Below the pieces are notes generated by a model. That model did not search any database. It worked only from the letters and a program-made list of their open reading frames with translations, and was not told where the DNA came from. From positions 207,080,001-207,144,000 of the forward strand of contig OX597815.1 in NCBI GenBank assembly GCA_951406725.2: DNA of 64,000 bases, written 5' to 3'. Below are positions 11,180 through 24,410 of the stretch, in pieces (the stretch's first letter is position 1; each line of letters begins with the position of its first letter). This DNA is from Octopus vulgaris. Taxonomy: Eukaryota. A program made the position numbers and the translations under genes.

Positions 11180-11470
11180 AAGCCTAGCCAGGCCCATGGG
11201 CCCGGTTTCCCGGTTTCTGTGGCGTATGTGTTCCCCCCAGCTGGACAGGACGCCAGTCCATCGCAGCGCTACTCAAGAAACAGGAAGAGAGAGTGAGAGA
11301 AGGTTGTGACGAAAGAGTACAACAGGGGTCGCCACCATCCCCTGCCGGAAATCGTCGAGCTTTTAGGTGTTTTCGCTCAATAAACATACACAACGCTCGG
11401 TCTGGGAATCGAAACTGCAATCCTCCGACCGCAAGTCCGCTGCCCTAACCACTGGGCCTTTGCGCTTCTA
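11180..11470 (-). mobile_element. SINE family C
   Basis: Head ccagtggttagggcagcggac..tcgattcccagacc on minus strand; ggaaaccgggccc tail. Confidence 0.88.
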
Positions 11471-11840
11471 CCAATTTCTGTCCACTCTGAGAAAAACCAT
11501 ATTAATATTATCCATCGTTAGGCTAAAAGAATTTGTACTTCTAAAGCCTCAGACTCTTAAATTCCTCTTAGCTCTCCATGTATCCCAGCGTCGTGTTATG
11601 TTTCTGTCAATTAATAAAACGCGTCGAACATTTGTATCAATGTTATACGAATTCAGACCAATTTAGCCGTGTTTCTGCTTGTATATCGGGGAACGAATCT
11701 CTCATCCTTGATGAAACGACAATAAAATAATGAAATTATTTATGCTGGTTGTCAATAGTACAACTAAACGGGACCAGCGTGTTAACTTTTACGAGCTAGG
11801 CCATACTATCACTTAAGTGACTAAACTGTAGAGTAATATT

Positions 11841-12257
11841 TATTTCTTTATTACCCACAAGGGGCTAAAAACAGAGAGGACAAACAAGGCAGACATAGGT
11901 ATTAAGTCGATTATATCGACCCCAGTGCGTAATTGGTACTTATTTAATCGACCCCGAAAGGATGAAAGGCAAAGTCGACCTCGGCGGAATTTGAACTCAG
12001 AACGTAGCGGCAGACGAAATACCTATTTCTTTATTACCCACAAGGGGCTAAACACAGAGGGGACAAACAAGGACAGACAAACGGATTAAGTCGATTATAT
12101 CGACCCCAGTGTGTAACTGGTACTTAATTTAATCGACCCTGAAAGGATGAAAGGCAAAGTCGACCTCGGCGGAATTTGAACTCACAACGTAACGCAGACG
12201 AAATACCGCTAAGAATTTCGCCCCGGCGTGCTAACGTCTCTGCCAGCTCGCCGCCTT
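11841..12257 (-). mobile_element. SINE family B, dimer
   Basis: Head plus two ~185-bp units; 16-bp TSD actgtagagtaatatt; gcctttcatcctttcggggtcgat..aagtaccag core resembles the Nin/Deu domain. Confidence 0.92.
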
Positions 12258-12519
12258 ACTGTAGAGTAATATTAACTGTGTGAGTAGTGACAGACTGGAA
12301 ACGTCTCATTCTCTCTAATATTCAATCTATTTTTGATCGCCGATAGATTCTGGTAGCTGTCATTGTGAAACCAGAAGAGGTCGGTCGGTCGGTCAGTGCG
12401 CAACTGTTGCTTGTCCTTTCCTCTTACTGTGTACATTCCAACACAATAAAATCAGTGATGTTGCGGCTGTGTTTTGTATATGCGCTTCATTTAAAACTGA
12501 ACAAGAAATGTATGTACTC

Positions 12520-12773
12520 TTTTAGTCTTTTTACTCTCTTTACTTGTTTTAGTCATTTGACTGTGGCCATGCTGGAGCACCGCCTTTTGGTCGAGCAAAT
12601 CGACCCCCAGGACTTATTCATTGTAAGCCTAGCACTTATTCTATCAGTCTCTTTTGCCGAACCGCTAAGTTACGGGGACGCAGACACACCAGCATCGGTT
12701 GTCAAGGGATGTTGGTGGACAAACACAGACACACACAAACACACACACATACACCCCCCCACACACACACATA

Positions 12774-12820
<47 letters not shown>

Positions 12821-12974
12821 ACGAGGGGCTTCTTTCAGTTTCCGTCTACCAAATCCAATCACAAGGCTTTGGTCGGCCCGTGGTCATAGAAGAAGACACT
12901 TGCCGAAGGTGCCACGCAGTGGGACTGAACCCGGAACCATGTGGTTAGTAAGCAAGCTACTTACCACACAGCCA
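12520..12974 (-). mobile_element. SINE family A
   Basis: Near full-length family A on minus strand. Confidence 0.9.
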
Positions 12975-13835
12975 TCCGTACGCCATGCAGAATGCTAATG
13001 TAGTACTGCTGGTGGCTGTTGTAGCAATCTATGGATATTTAAAGGTGATTTTTCAAATAGTAACGAAGACGATGTAGTTTGGAGTTTGCCATGGTGGTAA
13101 CCAGTGCCCCTGCATGTCACAATGACTTTATATTTTCGTAATTTTGTTTCGATAAGGACTTGATCTGCGAGTGCGGCGGGCGCATAGCGTGTACTGGTGC
13201 TTAGTGAACTGTTTTTCTTCTTTTTTCATATTTTGCAGTTCATTTTCAAATAATTTGAGACCTTGGCATCCGGCTGGCGTTATCCAATTTGTATCTAGTG
13301 TACACCATCGTAGCTGTTTCGTTCTGTTGGACAAATGTGGCACGTATGAATGCTTGGATTGTTTGTGAGGCATTTTGCTTTCTTTGTTATTTCGTCTATG
13401 CGGAATGTGAATATTAAGTGCTGATACCTTGGCATGTCTGGTAGCTATAAGCTGCTGAGTGTGATAGTTAATCGTATTTGAGGGCGTCTGGTAAGAAGCA
13501 AGGAACTGAATTTGGTAGGTGCTACGTTAAGTGTGATGTTCTGGAGTAAGTTTTCTTGGTGATAGATATAGGCTTGGAGAATTTATGCGGCCGTGATTGC
13601 AAAACATTGAGATAATGCGAATGTGGTATCATGTTTGTATAAGACTATGTATGTTTGTGGTATGTTTTTAGGTGGTTTTTCTAAGTACAGGCAAGAATAA
13701 GTTGGTGAAAGGAGGAAACATTGTGGTGCTACGTTCACGAAATCATGACATTTAATGCTGTAGATGCTGAACAGCAAATTGGATTGTTGACCTGGCAGTG
13801 TTTTGTGTTGTTAGTAGTTATGGTATATACGTACA

Positions 13836-13873
<38 letters not shown>

Positions 13874-13886
13874 AGTGTGTGTGTAT

Positions 13887-13931
<45 letters not shown>

Positions 13932-14076
13932 CATTGCGAGATTAATACCATGATGTAGAACTCAATATACGTACGTTTCAGAACGAAGTATTAGCCGAGT
14001 ATACCGTGGTAATAAGAAGATCATTCATTCCTTTGTCATCTCTCTCTTTCTTATATCTGTATGTATGTATGTATAC

Positions 14077-14135
<59 letters not shown>

Positions 14136-14193
14136 AGTGTGTGTGTATGTATATATGTATGCGTATATATATATGATGTATATAAATATACAT

Positions 14194-14234
<41 letters not shown>

Positions 14235-14235
<1 letters not shown>

Positions 14236-14371
14236 AAGGGTGATATGCAAAAGTAGGTATACAGTTATGAAAAACACAACACATACAATACTCATTTTTA
14301 CGTACAATACGTAAATGAATATTGTGCGTGTTTTCTTTTCGTAACTGTACACCCACTTTTGCACCCTCCTG
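14235..14371. mobile_element. Tc1/mariner-type MITE
   Basis: TA-flanked; inverted tgcaaaagtaggtatacagtta / taactgtacacccacttttgca. Confidence 0.75.
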
Positions 14372-14378
14372 TATATAC

Positions 14379-14432
<54 letters not shown>

Positions 14433-14972
14433 CATATTTGTATCTATGCAAAGGGCGCAAAAGTGCAATGTAGGAGAAAGCAAGCGAATATAAGAGAGTA
14501 GCAAGGATAAGGAATGTAAGAAAATTAGCAAGTGCAAACATTTTTCTTTCGTTTGCTTTTCGGTAGGCATTTATGCAAGAAAGAAAGACAGAGAGAGAGA
14601 GAGGGAGAGACAGACAGACAGAGACACAGAGAGAGAGGGGGGAAGAGGGAGAGAGAGAATGAGAGGAAGAATAGTTTAGAGAAAAAATTTGTTTTAACGA
14701 ACACATAATTATATTTGTAAGAAACTAGTACGAGTGTAATTTCATACGTTTGACAACGAACTGGGAGCTTGAGATAGGTTACAAGTTAGTGATAAGTCGT
14801 AAAGAGAATGAGAGACGGTGATGTTGCAGTGACAGGAATTAGGGCTACCATATTTAACACGGTAGGGTATGAACTGTGGGTGGTTTGGCTTATATTTCTA
14901 GCAGGGAAACCTACGGTTCACAGGCACCCTCGTTGAATCGTAGCTGTTTATAAGGTGATGGATTCTCACGTA

Positions 14973-15605
14973 GTGAACGCACGTGGCTTAATGGTTAGGG
15001 TAATCGGCTCAAAATCGTAAGGTCATGAGTTCAATACCTGGCGATGCGTTAAGTCCTTGAGCAAGACAATTTATTTCACGTTGCACCAGTCCACCCAGCT
15101 GGCAAAAATAAGTAGGATCTTTTCGGTTTCAACGGCAGTTTTCAACATAATTTCTAGGTAACTAAAAAATTTTAAACTTCCTATACTGGTAGAATGTGTT
15201 TATAAAACATCTTTTTCTCTTGGATTTATTCAGAAAATTCTATAGTTTGTAAGGTATTTGTTGTTTTTTTTTCAATTTCTGCAATTTCAACCAATCAGTG
15301 ACGTCTATTGAGTTAAAAAGCATTCTGTGCCGTATGAATATGTCCCTCGTTTAAGAAACAGATTGGGTTTATTTACATTTGTGACGAAAAAAGATACCCT
15401 TCCCCCACCCCTAATCCTAACCCTAACCCTAACTAACCCTAACCCTAAAAGATATTGAAATGCAATAGATCGATTCTAGTGTCATAATTATGGGTGACAA
15501 TTTCATGACACCGCTAGAAAAAACTGCCGTTCAAACCGAAAAGATCCGTACCTGTATTTCAAAGGACCAACCTTGTCACATTCTATCTCACACTGAATCA
15601 TAATA
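14973..15605 (+). mobile_element. tRNA-derived SINE family D, interrupted by a MITE
   Basis: tggcttaatggttagg A box, gagttcaatacc B box, ccttgagcaagac..ccacccagctg (Meta-like core); resumes gtacctgtatttcaaa at 15548. Confidence 0.8.
15115..15547. mobile_element. MITE with ~28-bp TIRs and internal (CCCTAA)n tract
   Basis: ggatcttttcggtttcaacggcagttt / aaactgccgttcaaaccgaaaagatcc; CCCTAA repeats at 15409-15448. Confidence 0.88.
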
Positions 15606-16600
15606 GGATCGCTGATGCATCGCCTTATTATATAACATATCTTGAGCATTTTTAATGTGGCAGAGCCCCTTCCTCTCTAGGAGTGAGTACAGTCGATTTT
15701 TTCTTGCTTTGCGTGTGTATATGTGTGCGGATGTGTGTGTGTATGAGAAAGAGAGAACGAGGGAGAGAGAGAGGTAGGGATCAGTTATGATTTATTATGA
15801 AATTACTCATGAAAATGATAATTACTGAAGGTTAATAATAGAAAACTGTAATAACACTATGAACGAAGTATTTCGGGTTAGAAATAAGTGACAGATACCT
15901 CAGAGTACAGTGAACGTATATTTTCGTTCAAATATATATTTACTAGACATCTCTGAACGAAAATATACGGGATAATGTATCAAGAGGTTACAGAGTAAAT
16001 AAGTAATATCGCAATTTTTCGATGAGATTTTAGCCGTTAACGACTTAGCCACGACAACATATTTGCTGAATGAAAACATCATTAATTCTTATTTGATAGT
16101 AGAGAGCATGAACTTGACCGATCTTCCGATAATAGTGTCCAGTCTGATAATGGCAGTCGATGTATTTAAGAAAACTGAAGGTATAAATTACAAAGAAGAA
16201 ACACGTCTGTATCTATTCTGGAATTGGTTTCAAATCGAAGTCCACATGAATTATTGTTATCTTTCGTGAAAAATAAGCGGCATTCACTGAAATATTCTAC
16301 ATGCACTAAGGAATGATTCATACACAGCTTTGTGTGGGTTTTCCTCTTGAAACGTTATCGTTTCACTCTTATTAGATCTCGTTAAGGAAGCATGATATAA
16401 TCAGAATCTCATGACTGTTATATCTTATCTTGTATCTTATGTAATTCCAGCTTTTTACAGAAGAGCCAAAGTAATTTCAAACAAATAAATTGCAAATAAG
16501 TACGTAATTACATATCTGTGTGTGTATGAGTGTGTATATACATGTGTGCGTGTGTATGTATGTATGCGTGTGTGTGTATATATATGTATGTATATATATG

Positions 16601-17460
16601 GACGCCAGCAGGTGGTCATTTTGCAAGCATTTGCCAACGTGTTGTAGACCGGTTCCATTATCGCAGGCGTCCCTGGCATTTCAACATCTCCACGGCTGAT
16701 CTCTCGGCCCTGCGATGTACACACACCAAATGAAAAAACACACATCAACTGCTACACACAGCACACATACACACACACAAACACACACACACACACACAC
16801 GTTACACACGCACGCACACACACACGTTACACACGCATCAAACTCACTCGCCCCCATTCACACATGCACACTTAAACACTCACACACACCATTCTCACAT
16901 GGACACACACTTGCGCACTTCCTCTTGTTGGGATCACCATGGATTATCTCTCCTTCATTCAACCTCTCTTTATTATTATCTCCCTTTCACTCAACCTCTT
17001 TTTTCCCAATCATTCGCCATGTTAGACCACTGAACCCAACACGTTTCATTTTTCATTCTCTCGCTATTTATTTCCTTTTATTCATTTCTGTCGAAGAGCG
17101 TAAGCTCGAAACGTAAAAGACTTTCCCATTTTCCCCGAGCGTCAAACTAATACACTTGCTTGTTCCTACACCTGTCTTTGTCTTTTCTTTTTCTATAAAT
17201 TTAAACTATATATCTGTGTTCGGACTGTCTTTGCACAGGGGCCATTCGGACTCTCGCTTTCGCCGTGAACAAGATTTAATCTTCTCTCTTCGCTCCTCTC
17301 GGCATATGGGCTCAACGCACCTCCTCTCTTCATCTGACACCAACCTCACCCTCTCTCTTCACTTGATACCAACCCCTTACCACTCCACACGCACTGATCA
17401 CTTCCCAGCACCCACACCACACACCATCATCCACACACCCACATACAATCTTCAATAGCG
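16601..17460 (+). mobile_element. Penelope-like element relics (N-terminal fragment, terminal repeat with hammerhead, GIY-YIG C-terminus)
   Basis: FNISTADLSALR (NLSxxExxAL-like); H1 hammerhead at 17085-17120; RFRREQDLIFSLRS then frameshifted YGLN (RxxRExxxIxxLxxxxPxGLN). Confidence 0.7.
17085..17120 (+). ncRNA. Minimal hammerhead-like motif, A6U variant
   Basis: TTT-CTGTCGA-A-GAGC(gtaa)GCTC-GAAA-CG-TA-AAA. Confidence 0.65.
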
Positions 17461-18172
17461 TCACCACGCATACTAATATATGAGCAACCACAAACACTGT
17501 TTAATTCAGTACACATACTACATACCAACATCCACACTCCCACACCAACAGAACCACATAATACCTGAACACAGGCTATTTTTACAAGCACATGTAGCAT
17601 GCATTAACAAATGCAACATACATAAACAAAGATAACTTTCGCCCACATATATACACCATACACATGGAGACTGTTTGGTCTCACACACAAACACACACAT
17701 ATATACACACACACACATATACACACACAGACACGTACGCACGTGTGTGTGTGTTGTATCGTTGACAACCAGGTTTTTTCATTTCTAGACGATGATTTTC
17801 TCCACAACACAATCAACTTCCTAACGACGCGAGTTTTCTTTTCATTACCAAAAAGCTTAAAGTATTAATTTTACACTACCGAATAATTACCATGAAATTC
17901 AAGAATATTGCCAAATACGCATTAATTTTGTGTTTACACGTACATTTTTTTCTATACACAGATACTGAAAACGTTAAATATATTTACGTTATAAAAATTT
18001 ACTACAACGTATTATACACAAACAATATTGTAAAAGAAAATGTAAATGTTACCAGAAAAAGATTTCTGTACGCTGATTTCGTTTGTTTTTCAAGTAGCAT
18101 GATTTCACATGCATGCATGCATACATACACATACATACATACATACATACATACATACATACATACATACAT

Positions 18173-18205
<33 letters not shown>

Positions 18206-18321
18206 TACACATATACATAAATTTATAATCACACACAAGTATACACACAAATATATACCATACAAACATGTATATTTTTATGTATATATGTATATGTTTG
18301 TTTGTGTGTATATGTATATCC

Positions 18322-18585
18322 GTGACCACCCAGGCTATCAATTGTTGCTACACATCGCTGGTCATTGTTTTAGCCTTTAAATGACGCCACCTCGCTGGCT
18401 AAGCGAGTAGGCCAACAGAAGAAAGTGGGAGAGAAAGTTGTGGCGAAAGAGTACAGTAGGAATCTCCACCACCCGGAGCCTCGTGGAGCTTTAGGTGTTT
18501 TCGTTCAATAAACACTCACAACGCCCGGTCTGGGAATTGAAATCGCGAGTCTGCTGCCCTAACCACTAGGCCATTGCGCCTCCCA
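18322..18585 (-). mobile_element. SINE family C (alternative tail)
   Basis: ggaggcgcaatggcctagtggttagggc head; tgaccagcgatgtgtagcaaca..ggtcacg tail as in 56957-57243. Confidence 0.85.
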
Positions 18586-18853
18586 CAATGGCTTGTCCGT
18601 TTTCGTTTTTCGTTGAGTTCTACGTCTAGTTGCAGTGTCCTGTACTCACGTATATATATATTTATATATGCATGTATATATATACATGTAGATGTAGGCA
18701 CGTACATATATGTTTGTATATATGCATATATTTTATTTATTACATTATATATATATATATATACACGCACACACACATAGGAATTTACAGCAAATAACGA
18801 AGTTAGTATAGTTCTGATTGCTTTATTTAGCGTTTAACCTATAACTTACAAAA

Positions 18854-18888
<35 letters not shown>

Positions 18889-19345
18889 TGTAGGGAGCGG
18901 GAGAAGAGGAGATGGGGGGAATTAAGTTTGTTGTAAAAATAATGCTGGCCTTCATTTACCATTTCATTAAAATTCTTTACTTTGCTTAAAACTAAAAGAT
19001 AAAAATTTATTTCCATTTAAAGGTAAATCGTGCTTGTCAAGGAATATACGGAAAAAATATAAAAGAAATAAAAAAAAATAAAAGGAGAATAAATAGACAA
19101 GGAAAAATATATTCTCCATGTTGATGATGAAGTTGACGACGATAATATCGACGAAACAGATTATGTTGGTGATGATGATGATGGCGATGACGACGACGAA
19201 AACGACTATGATGATGATAACGGTGATGATGGTGATGAAGGTACTTTGTTTTCTCGACATCGACCAGATCAAGCGGTCGAATAGAAAGGAGCGATCCATC
19301 CATTGTTCCAGTTATTCCGTGTCAGAGTCTATGTGAAACCATATT

Positions 19346-19763
19346 TATCTCTTTATTGCCCACAAGGAGGCTAAACATAGAGGGGACAGACAGGGGTAGA
19401 CAAATGGAATAAGTCGATTACATTGACCCCAGGGCGTAACTGGTACATATCTAATTGACCCTGAAAGGATGAAAGACAAAGTCTACCTTGACGGCATTTG
19501 AACTCAGAACATAACGGCAGACGAAATACCTATTTCTTTATTACCCACAAGGAGCTAAACACAGAGAGGACAAACAAGGACAGACAAACGGATTAAGTCG
19601 ATTACATCGACCCCAGTGCGTAACTTGTACTTAATTTATCGACCCCGAAAGGATGAAAAGCAAAGTCGACCTCGGCGGAATTTGAACTCAGAACGTAACG
19701 GCAGACGAAATCCCGCTAAGCATTTCGCTCAACGTGCTAACGATTCTGCCAGCTCGCCGCCCT
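19346..19763 (-). mobile_element. SINE family B, dimer
   Basis: 18-bp TSD tctatgtgaaaccatatt; two units. Confidence 0.92.
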
Positions 19764-20422
19764 TCTATGTGAAACCATATTGCACACTTGTAAGTGTTGT
19801 GTTGACTGTAACATGGCAATATTTACAAGCAGTTATTTATAGAACTGTATGCTACAAGGGGAATATGGTTTATATGCAATGTGGTTACATGAAAGTGTGT
19901 GGAACTTGAAATATCGCCAGCATCAGGTCTCTCATCATTTCGGGGTCGATAAAATATATTTCGGTTTCACCCTCTACTATTACCCTCTTCCCAAATATGC
20001 GTGGTATTACTTCTATATAAGAAATAATATCATTATCATTCCAACTAGGGATGGGGTGTACTGGAAACAGAAGTGAGCTCGACGAAAATGTTTAGCACTT
20101 TACGCTTATTTAGGTTTTGTCAACTGTGGTGATGATCTGGGAAAGGGAGGAAGAAGTTTATAAAATTGTTTAAAACTTTGGCACAAGGATAGCACTTTTA
20201 GGGGAAGGTGATTAGACGAAAGGCAAAGTTGACCTCCGTAAGTTTTGAAATTAGAACGTAAAGAATCGAAAGAAATATTGCAAAGCATTTTCTCCGACGC
20301 GTTTAAGGTTCCGCTAGCTCTATATAATTATTATCACTAATTTACTGGTGATTCCAGTGAGTTAAAATCATCATACCCCACTTTAACATGGAGCTTTGTA
20401 TTAATATAAGAAATTAGTGTTA

Positions 20423-20842
20423 CAAGGCAAGGGCGAGCTGGCAGAATCGTTAGCGCGTCGGGCGAAATACTGAGCGGTATTTCGTCTGCCGTTACGTTCT
20501 GAGTTCAAATTCCGCCGAGGTCGACTTTGCCTTTCATCCTTTCAGGGTCGATAAATTAAATACCAGTTACGCACTGGGGTCGATATAATCAACTTAATAC
20601 GTTTGTCTGTCCTAGTTTGTCCTCTCTGTGTTTAGCGCTTTGTGGGTAGTAAAGAAATAAGTATTTCGTCTGCTGTTACGTTCTGAGTTCAAATGTCGCC
20701 AAGGTCGACTTTGCTTTTCATCCTTTCGGAGTCGATAAATTAAGTACCAGTTACGCGCTGGGGTCGATGTAATCGACTTAATCCATTTGTCTGTCCTTGT
20801 TTGTCCCCTCTATGTTTAGCCCCTTGTGGGCAATAAAAAAAT
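20423..20842 (+). mobile_element. SINE family B, dimer
   Basis: TSD aagaaattagtgtta / aagaatttagtgtta; two units. Confidence 0.92.
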
Positions 20843-21229
20843 AAGAATTTAGTGTTAGAATTTTAAATCGACTTATAAAATTTCTAATGTAATTATAGTT
20901 TTCATTGGGGTGATTATACACGCTATATCGGGAGCCTTGTAATGATTTTTTTCTTCTGCTTAATAGAGAAACTGATATCCAGTGTTACTGGTACCGGCAA
21001 ATAACTGTGAATATACCATGTTAGCTAGAACGTTGGAGAAAGGGATTGTGCTTGCAGTTATTTAATTATTTATTTTGGTTCTGATATCAAATTCTAACGA
21101 TCTTGACTTTCCTTTCAAGGAGTCAAGTATTGGTTTAAGGAGCACCAAACTCATTTTGTTTTTGCGGGTCCGACTCAAGCACAAGCTAGACATCGCACGC
21201 CGAATAGAAAACATTATTCCTAAAGTAGA

Positions 21230-21840
21230 TCAAATTAAATGCATAGAGGAGTCATTATACATTACAATGACTTTATTAACAATAAAGAAAACAATGAATT
21301 GTTAGCAGTGAATTTTTGCAAAAATGTATGGGTAAAAGTAATCTCTATTTACAGTTCTATAAAGTATAATTATTTAGAGTGAGAACAGAGACAGAAATTG
21401 TCTAAATGAATGCCTGCAATTTTTGAAAAGAACCAATGCTTGAAAATTGTTACCATTTCAGCTGCAAGTCCTTTTGATGTCACTCACTCGAATCTATTCG
21501 GATGGACACTTGCGTAAAAGCGCATTTGGCCGAATGTGTGAAGACAAAGTGAATGGGGAAACAGGTTACATCTTCTGGTAAGTGGATTCATAAACTTATT
21601 TTCCATTGGCTGGAAGACCAAAACATTCCCTGGGGGTGTATCGCTTTGACGTGCCGTAACGGTGGTAATCGAAACTCTAGCCAAGTTCAGACTCTGAGTG
21701 GCATGCGAGCGATATACATTTTACAGAATATGTTTAAAATAAAATAAATGATTTATTTTTATTTTTCCAAATTTGAACCAATTACTAGACTAAACATTAC
21801 CACGGACCTCATTTGGTCTACGAGTTGTGTGTTTAAGTAA
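21230..21840 (+). pseudogene. Possible highly decayed hAT (Charlie/Buster-like) transposase relic
   Basis: PFQLQV.. and VTSSGKWIHKLIFHWLEDQNIPWGCIALTC loosely resemble FxLQxDES..TTGxxIF..IxWxxCxxxCTDG. Confidence 0.35.
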
Positions 21841-22272
21841 ATCAGCCAAAATTCTTAGTTGGTGATCTAAAGCTAATTTCAAAAAAATTTAGTTGCTTCC
21901 TGGTATATTCTGAGTTCACATTTCGTCGATTTTTAAACAGTCTGTCATCCTTCCACGGTCTACAAAACTTGTAACAGCGTGAGATCGATTTAGTCGACTA
22001 CCCCCGGCCCACACATACGCCTGTGACATTAGTGTCGTATTAAAGAAAGAAATTATAAATGACGAAATTACAGATTGCGTTGATAAATATGACTAATGGA
22101 ATTACCAGTTAGTCTTTCTTGATTTCTGCTTGTAAATAACTTCTGAGTACCCTACATATAACATCAGGAAAATATCAAAACCTCAATTTCCGATTTTTCT
22201 GTGGTGAAAATGTTTATGTAATTAGCAAATTGTTATTCCACATATATGAAATTTATTACTATTATCATTATT

Positions 22273-22715
22273 AAGGCGGCGAGCTGGCAGAATCAGTTGG
22301 GTACTGGACGAAATGCTTAGCGGTATTTCGCCCGTCGCTACGTTCTGAGTGCAAATTCCGCCGAGGGTTACTTTGCCTTTCGTCCTTTCGGGGTCGATTA
22401 TATAAGTACCAGTTGAACACTGGGGTAGACGTAATTGACTCATCCTCACCTCCCTCAAACTGTCCTTGTGGCAAAAATTTGAAATAATTATTAAGATGGT
22501 GAGCTGGCAGAATCGTTAGCGCGCTGGACAAAATGTTTAGCTGTATTTCGTCCATCGCTACATTCTGAGTTCAAATTCCGCCGAGTGGGACATTGTCTTT
22601 CATCCTTTCGGGGTCAATTAAATAAGTACCAGTTGAGCACTGGGGGTCGATGTAATCGACTTACCCATTCCCCGAAAATTTCGGGCCTTGTGCCTATAAA
22701 AGAAAGAATGATTAT
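22273..22715 (+). mobile_element. Two tandem older family-B SINE monomers
   Basis: ggcggcgagctggcagaatc-type heads at ~22274 and ~22494, each with cctttcggggtc..taagtaccagtt. Confidence 0.85.
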
Positions 22716-22726
22716 AATTATTTGTA

Positions 22727-22872
22727 GCTTCGGTTTACCAAATCCACTCACAAAGCTTTGGTCGGCCCGAAATTATAGTGAAGACACTTGCCCAAGGTGC
22801 CACGCACTTGGACTGAACCCGGAACCATTTGGTTGGGAAGCAAGTTTCTTACCACACAGCTGCGCCTGGGCC
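22727..22872 (-). mobile_element. SINE family A 5' fragment
   Basis: ccaaatccactcacaa..gaagacacttgcccaaggtgccacgca..gaacccggaacc. Confidence 0.85.
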
Positions 22873-23309
22873 TATATATTTAATAGATTTTGCTTCAGAA
22901 AAAACTTAACTTGTTGGTCAAATATTTATTGAAGTTTGATTATGCAGTCCCACTTCAAAGCATTTTCCAAAGTAAAACCGTATTTAGAAAAGACATTTCA
23001 TCTATAGAAGTCTTATTCCTCTGAATAACAGTGTTCTCATCATAAATCATATCATCATTAACCATACCAGAATAAATCATACCAATCATATGAATATCGG
23101 ATTTTGCTACGTGATATGGTAAACATGTAAACATATATAACAACCAACGATTTTTCTTAAATGACACGTCAACAAGGCATCGTGTATTTGATGTTTGTTT
23201 TATTATCATTAGTATCTATGTACAATATTTCTTTTTTTATTTTGTTATGCTGTTACGGTATTTTTCATAATGTGGAAATTTACCAGGATTTAAGTGTAGA
23301 TTGGATGAT

Positions 23310-23720
23310 GCTGTCTGTTGGTGAATGAGGAGCATTCTTGTAGAGAAATAAAATCCTGAATTCTCTCCTGTATTTATCTGTTTGAATTCTTGAACCTATT
23401 ACGTTACCAATGTTTCATTGAATCTTTCTACTGCTTGTGCATACTGGGCTATAACTTTTCCATGCTCTACTTCACATCGTTCTTATAATTTACAACCTAT
23501 GAATTATAGGCAGCTATCAAAAGCAATATATTTTTTTCGTTTTGGAATTTCCGATATATAAATGGCAAGAATTTTATGCAGCTTTTTAATTATGATTCCT
23601 GTTGTTTCTTTGACAAACATTTACGGCCACTCTGATGTTGCATGATTTTGGTTCTTCCGACACGTTTGGCATTTTATGCTTGTTTAAGGTGCCAAATAAT
23701 CAGACGGTTCAAATAACATA
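23310..23720 (-). pseudogene. Gypsy-like LTR retrotransposon integrase relic
   Basis: Minus-strand KCQTC, SEWP*..ETTGIIIKKLHKILA, AVERFNETL, FLYKNAPHSPT in integrase order. Confidence 0.65.
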
Positions 23721-23906
23721 ATTATCAAAGCATTCCTAATGTTTGACTCCGTAATCTGAAGGGATTAGGATATCTTCCTCCGGTCTGGTACTTATCCAAG
23801 TTCAATAATGAAATCTAACAATAAAGTAGTTATCCATGTAAATTCATAACGACAGAAAGTGTTTTTCTTGAAGAAAACTCATTCAAATGAATTACAACAG
23901 TTTCTA

Positions 23907-24236
23907 GACAGGAGCTCTCCGTCAGTTACGACGACGAGGGTCCCAGCTGAAACGATGAACGGACCAGCTTGCTCGTGAAATTAACGTGCAAGTGACTGAG
24001 CAATCCACAGACACGTGTACCCTTAACGTAGTTCTCAGAGAGATTCAGTGAGACACAGAGTGTGACAAGGCCGGCCATTTGAAATACAGGTACGACTCAT
24101 TTTTGTCAGCTGAGCGGACTGGAGCAACGTGAAATAAAGTGCTTTGCTCAAGGACACAACGCGTCACCGGGAATCGAACTCACGACCTTACAATCGTGAG
24201 CCGAATGCCCTAACCACTAAGCTACGCGCCTTCACG
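23907..24236 (-). mobile_element. SINE family D
   Basis: Full head and tail (ccctcgtcgtcgtaactgacggag); TSD-like acaacagtt.cta on both sides. Confidence 0.9.
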
Positions 24237-24410
24237 ACAACAGTTCCTAACAGAACTGCTAAATACACTGATCACGTGAACATCAAGTTGAGTCAGATCA
24301 TATAGTAAGTATGCAACACTACCATAATACGAATGTGATATGGCATTTTCAGTTGCAAGAATAGAAATGTCTATTTTCTAGATATTACAATTATACATAA
24401 AATGTTATTA

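Noticed and set aside
12699-12998. Recurrent ORFs such as RRASFSFRLPNPLTRLWSARG and MRNWYLIYRPRKDERQSRPRRNLNSE
   Set aside because: Chance reading frames in SINE consensus sequences, repeated because the SINEs are repeated.
13128-13720. Complex A/C-rich minus-strand segment that looks like decayed coding sequence
   Set aside because: No diagnostic motif recognised; probably a retroelement relic, but unassignable by eye.
15409-15448. Telomere or chromosome-fusion signal
   Set aside because: Short tract internal to a TIR-bounded MITE.
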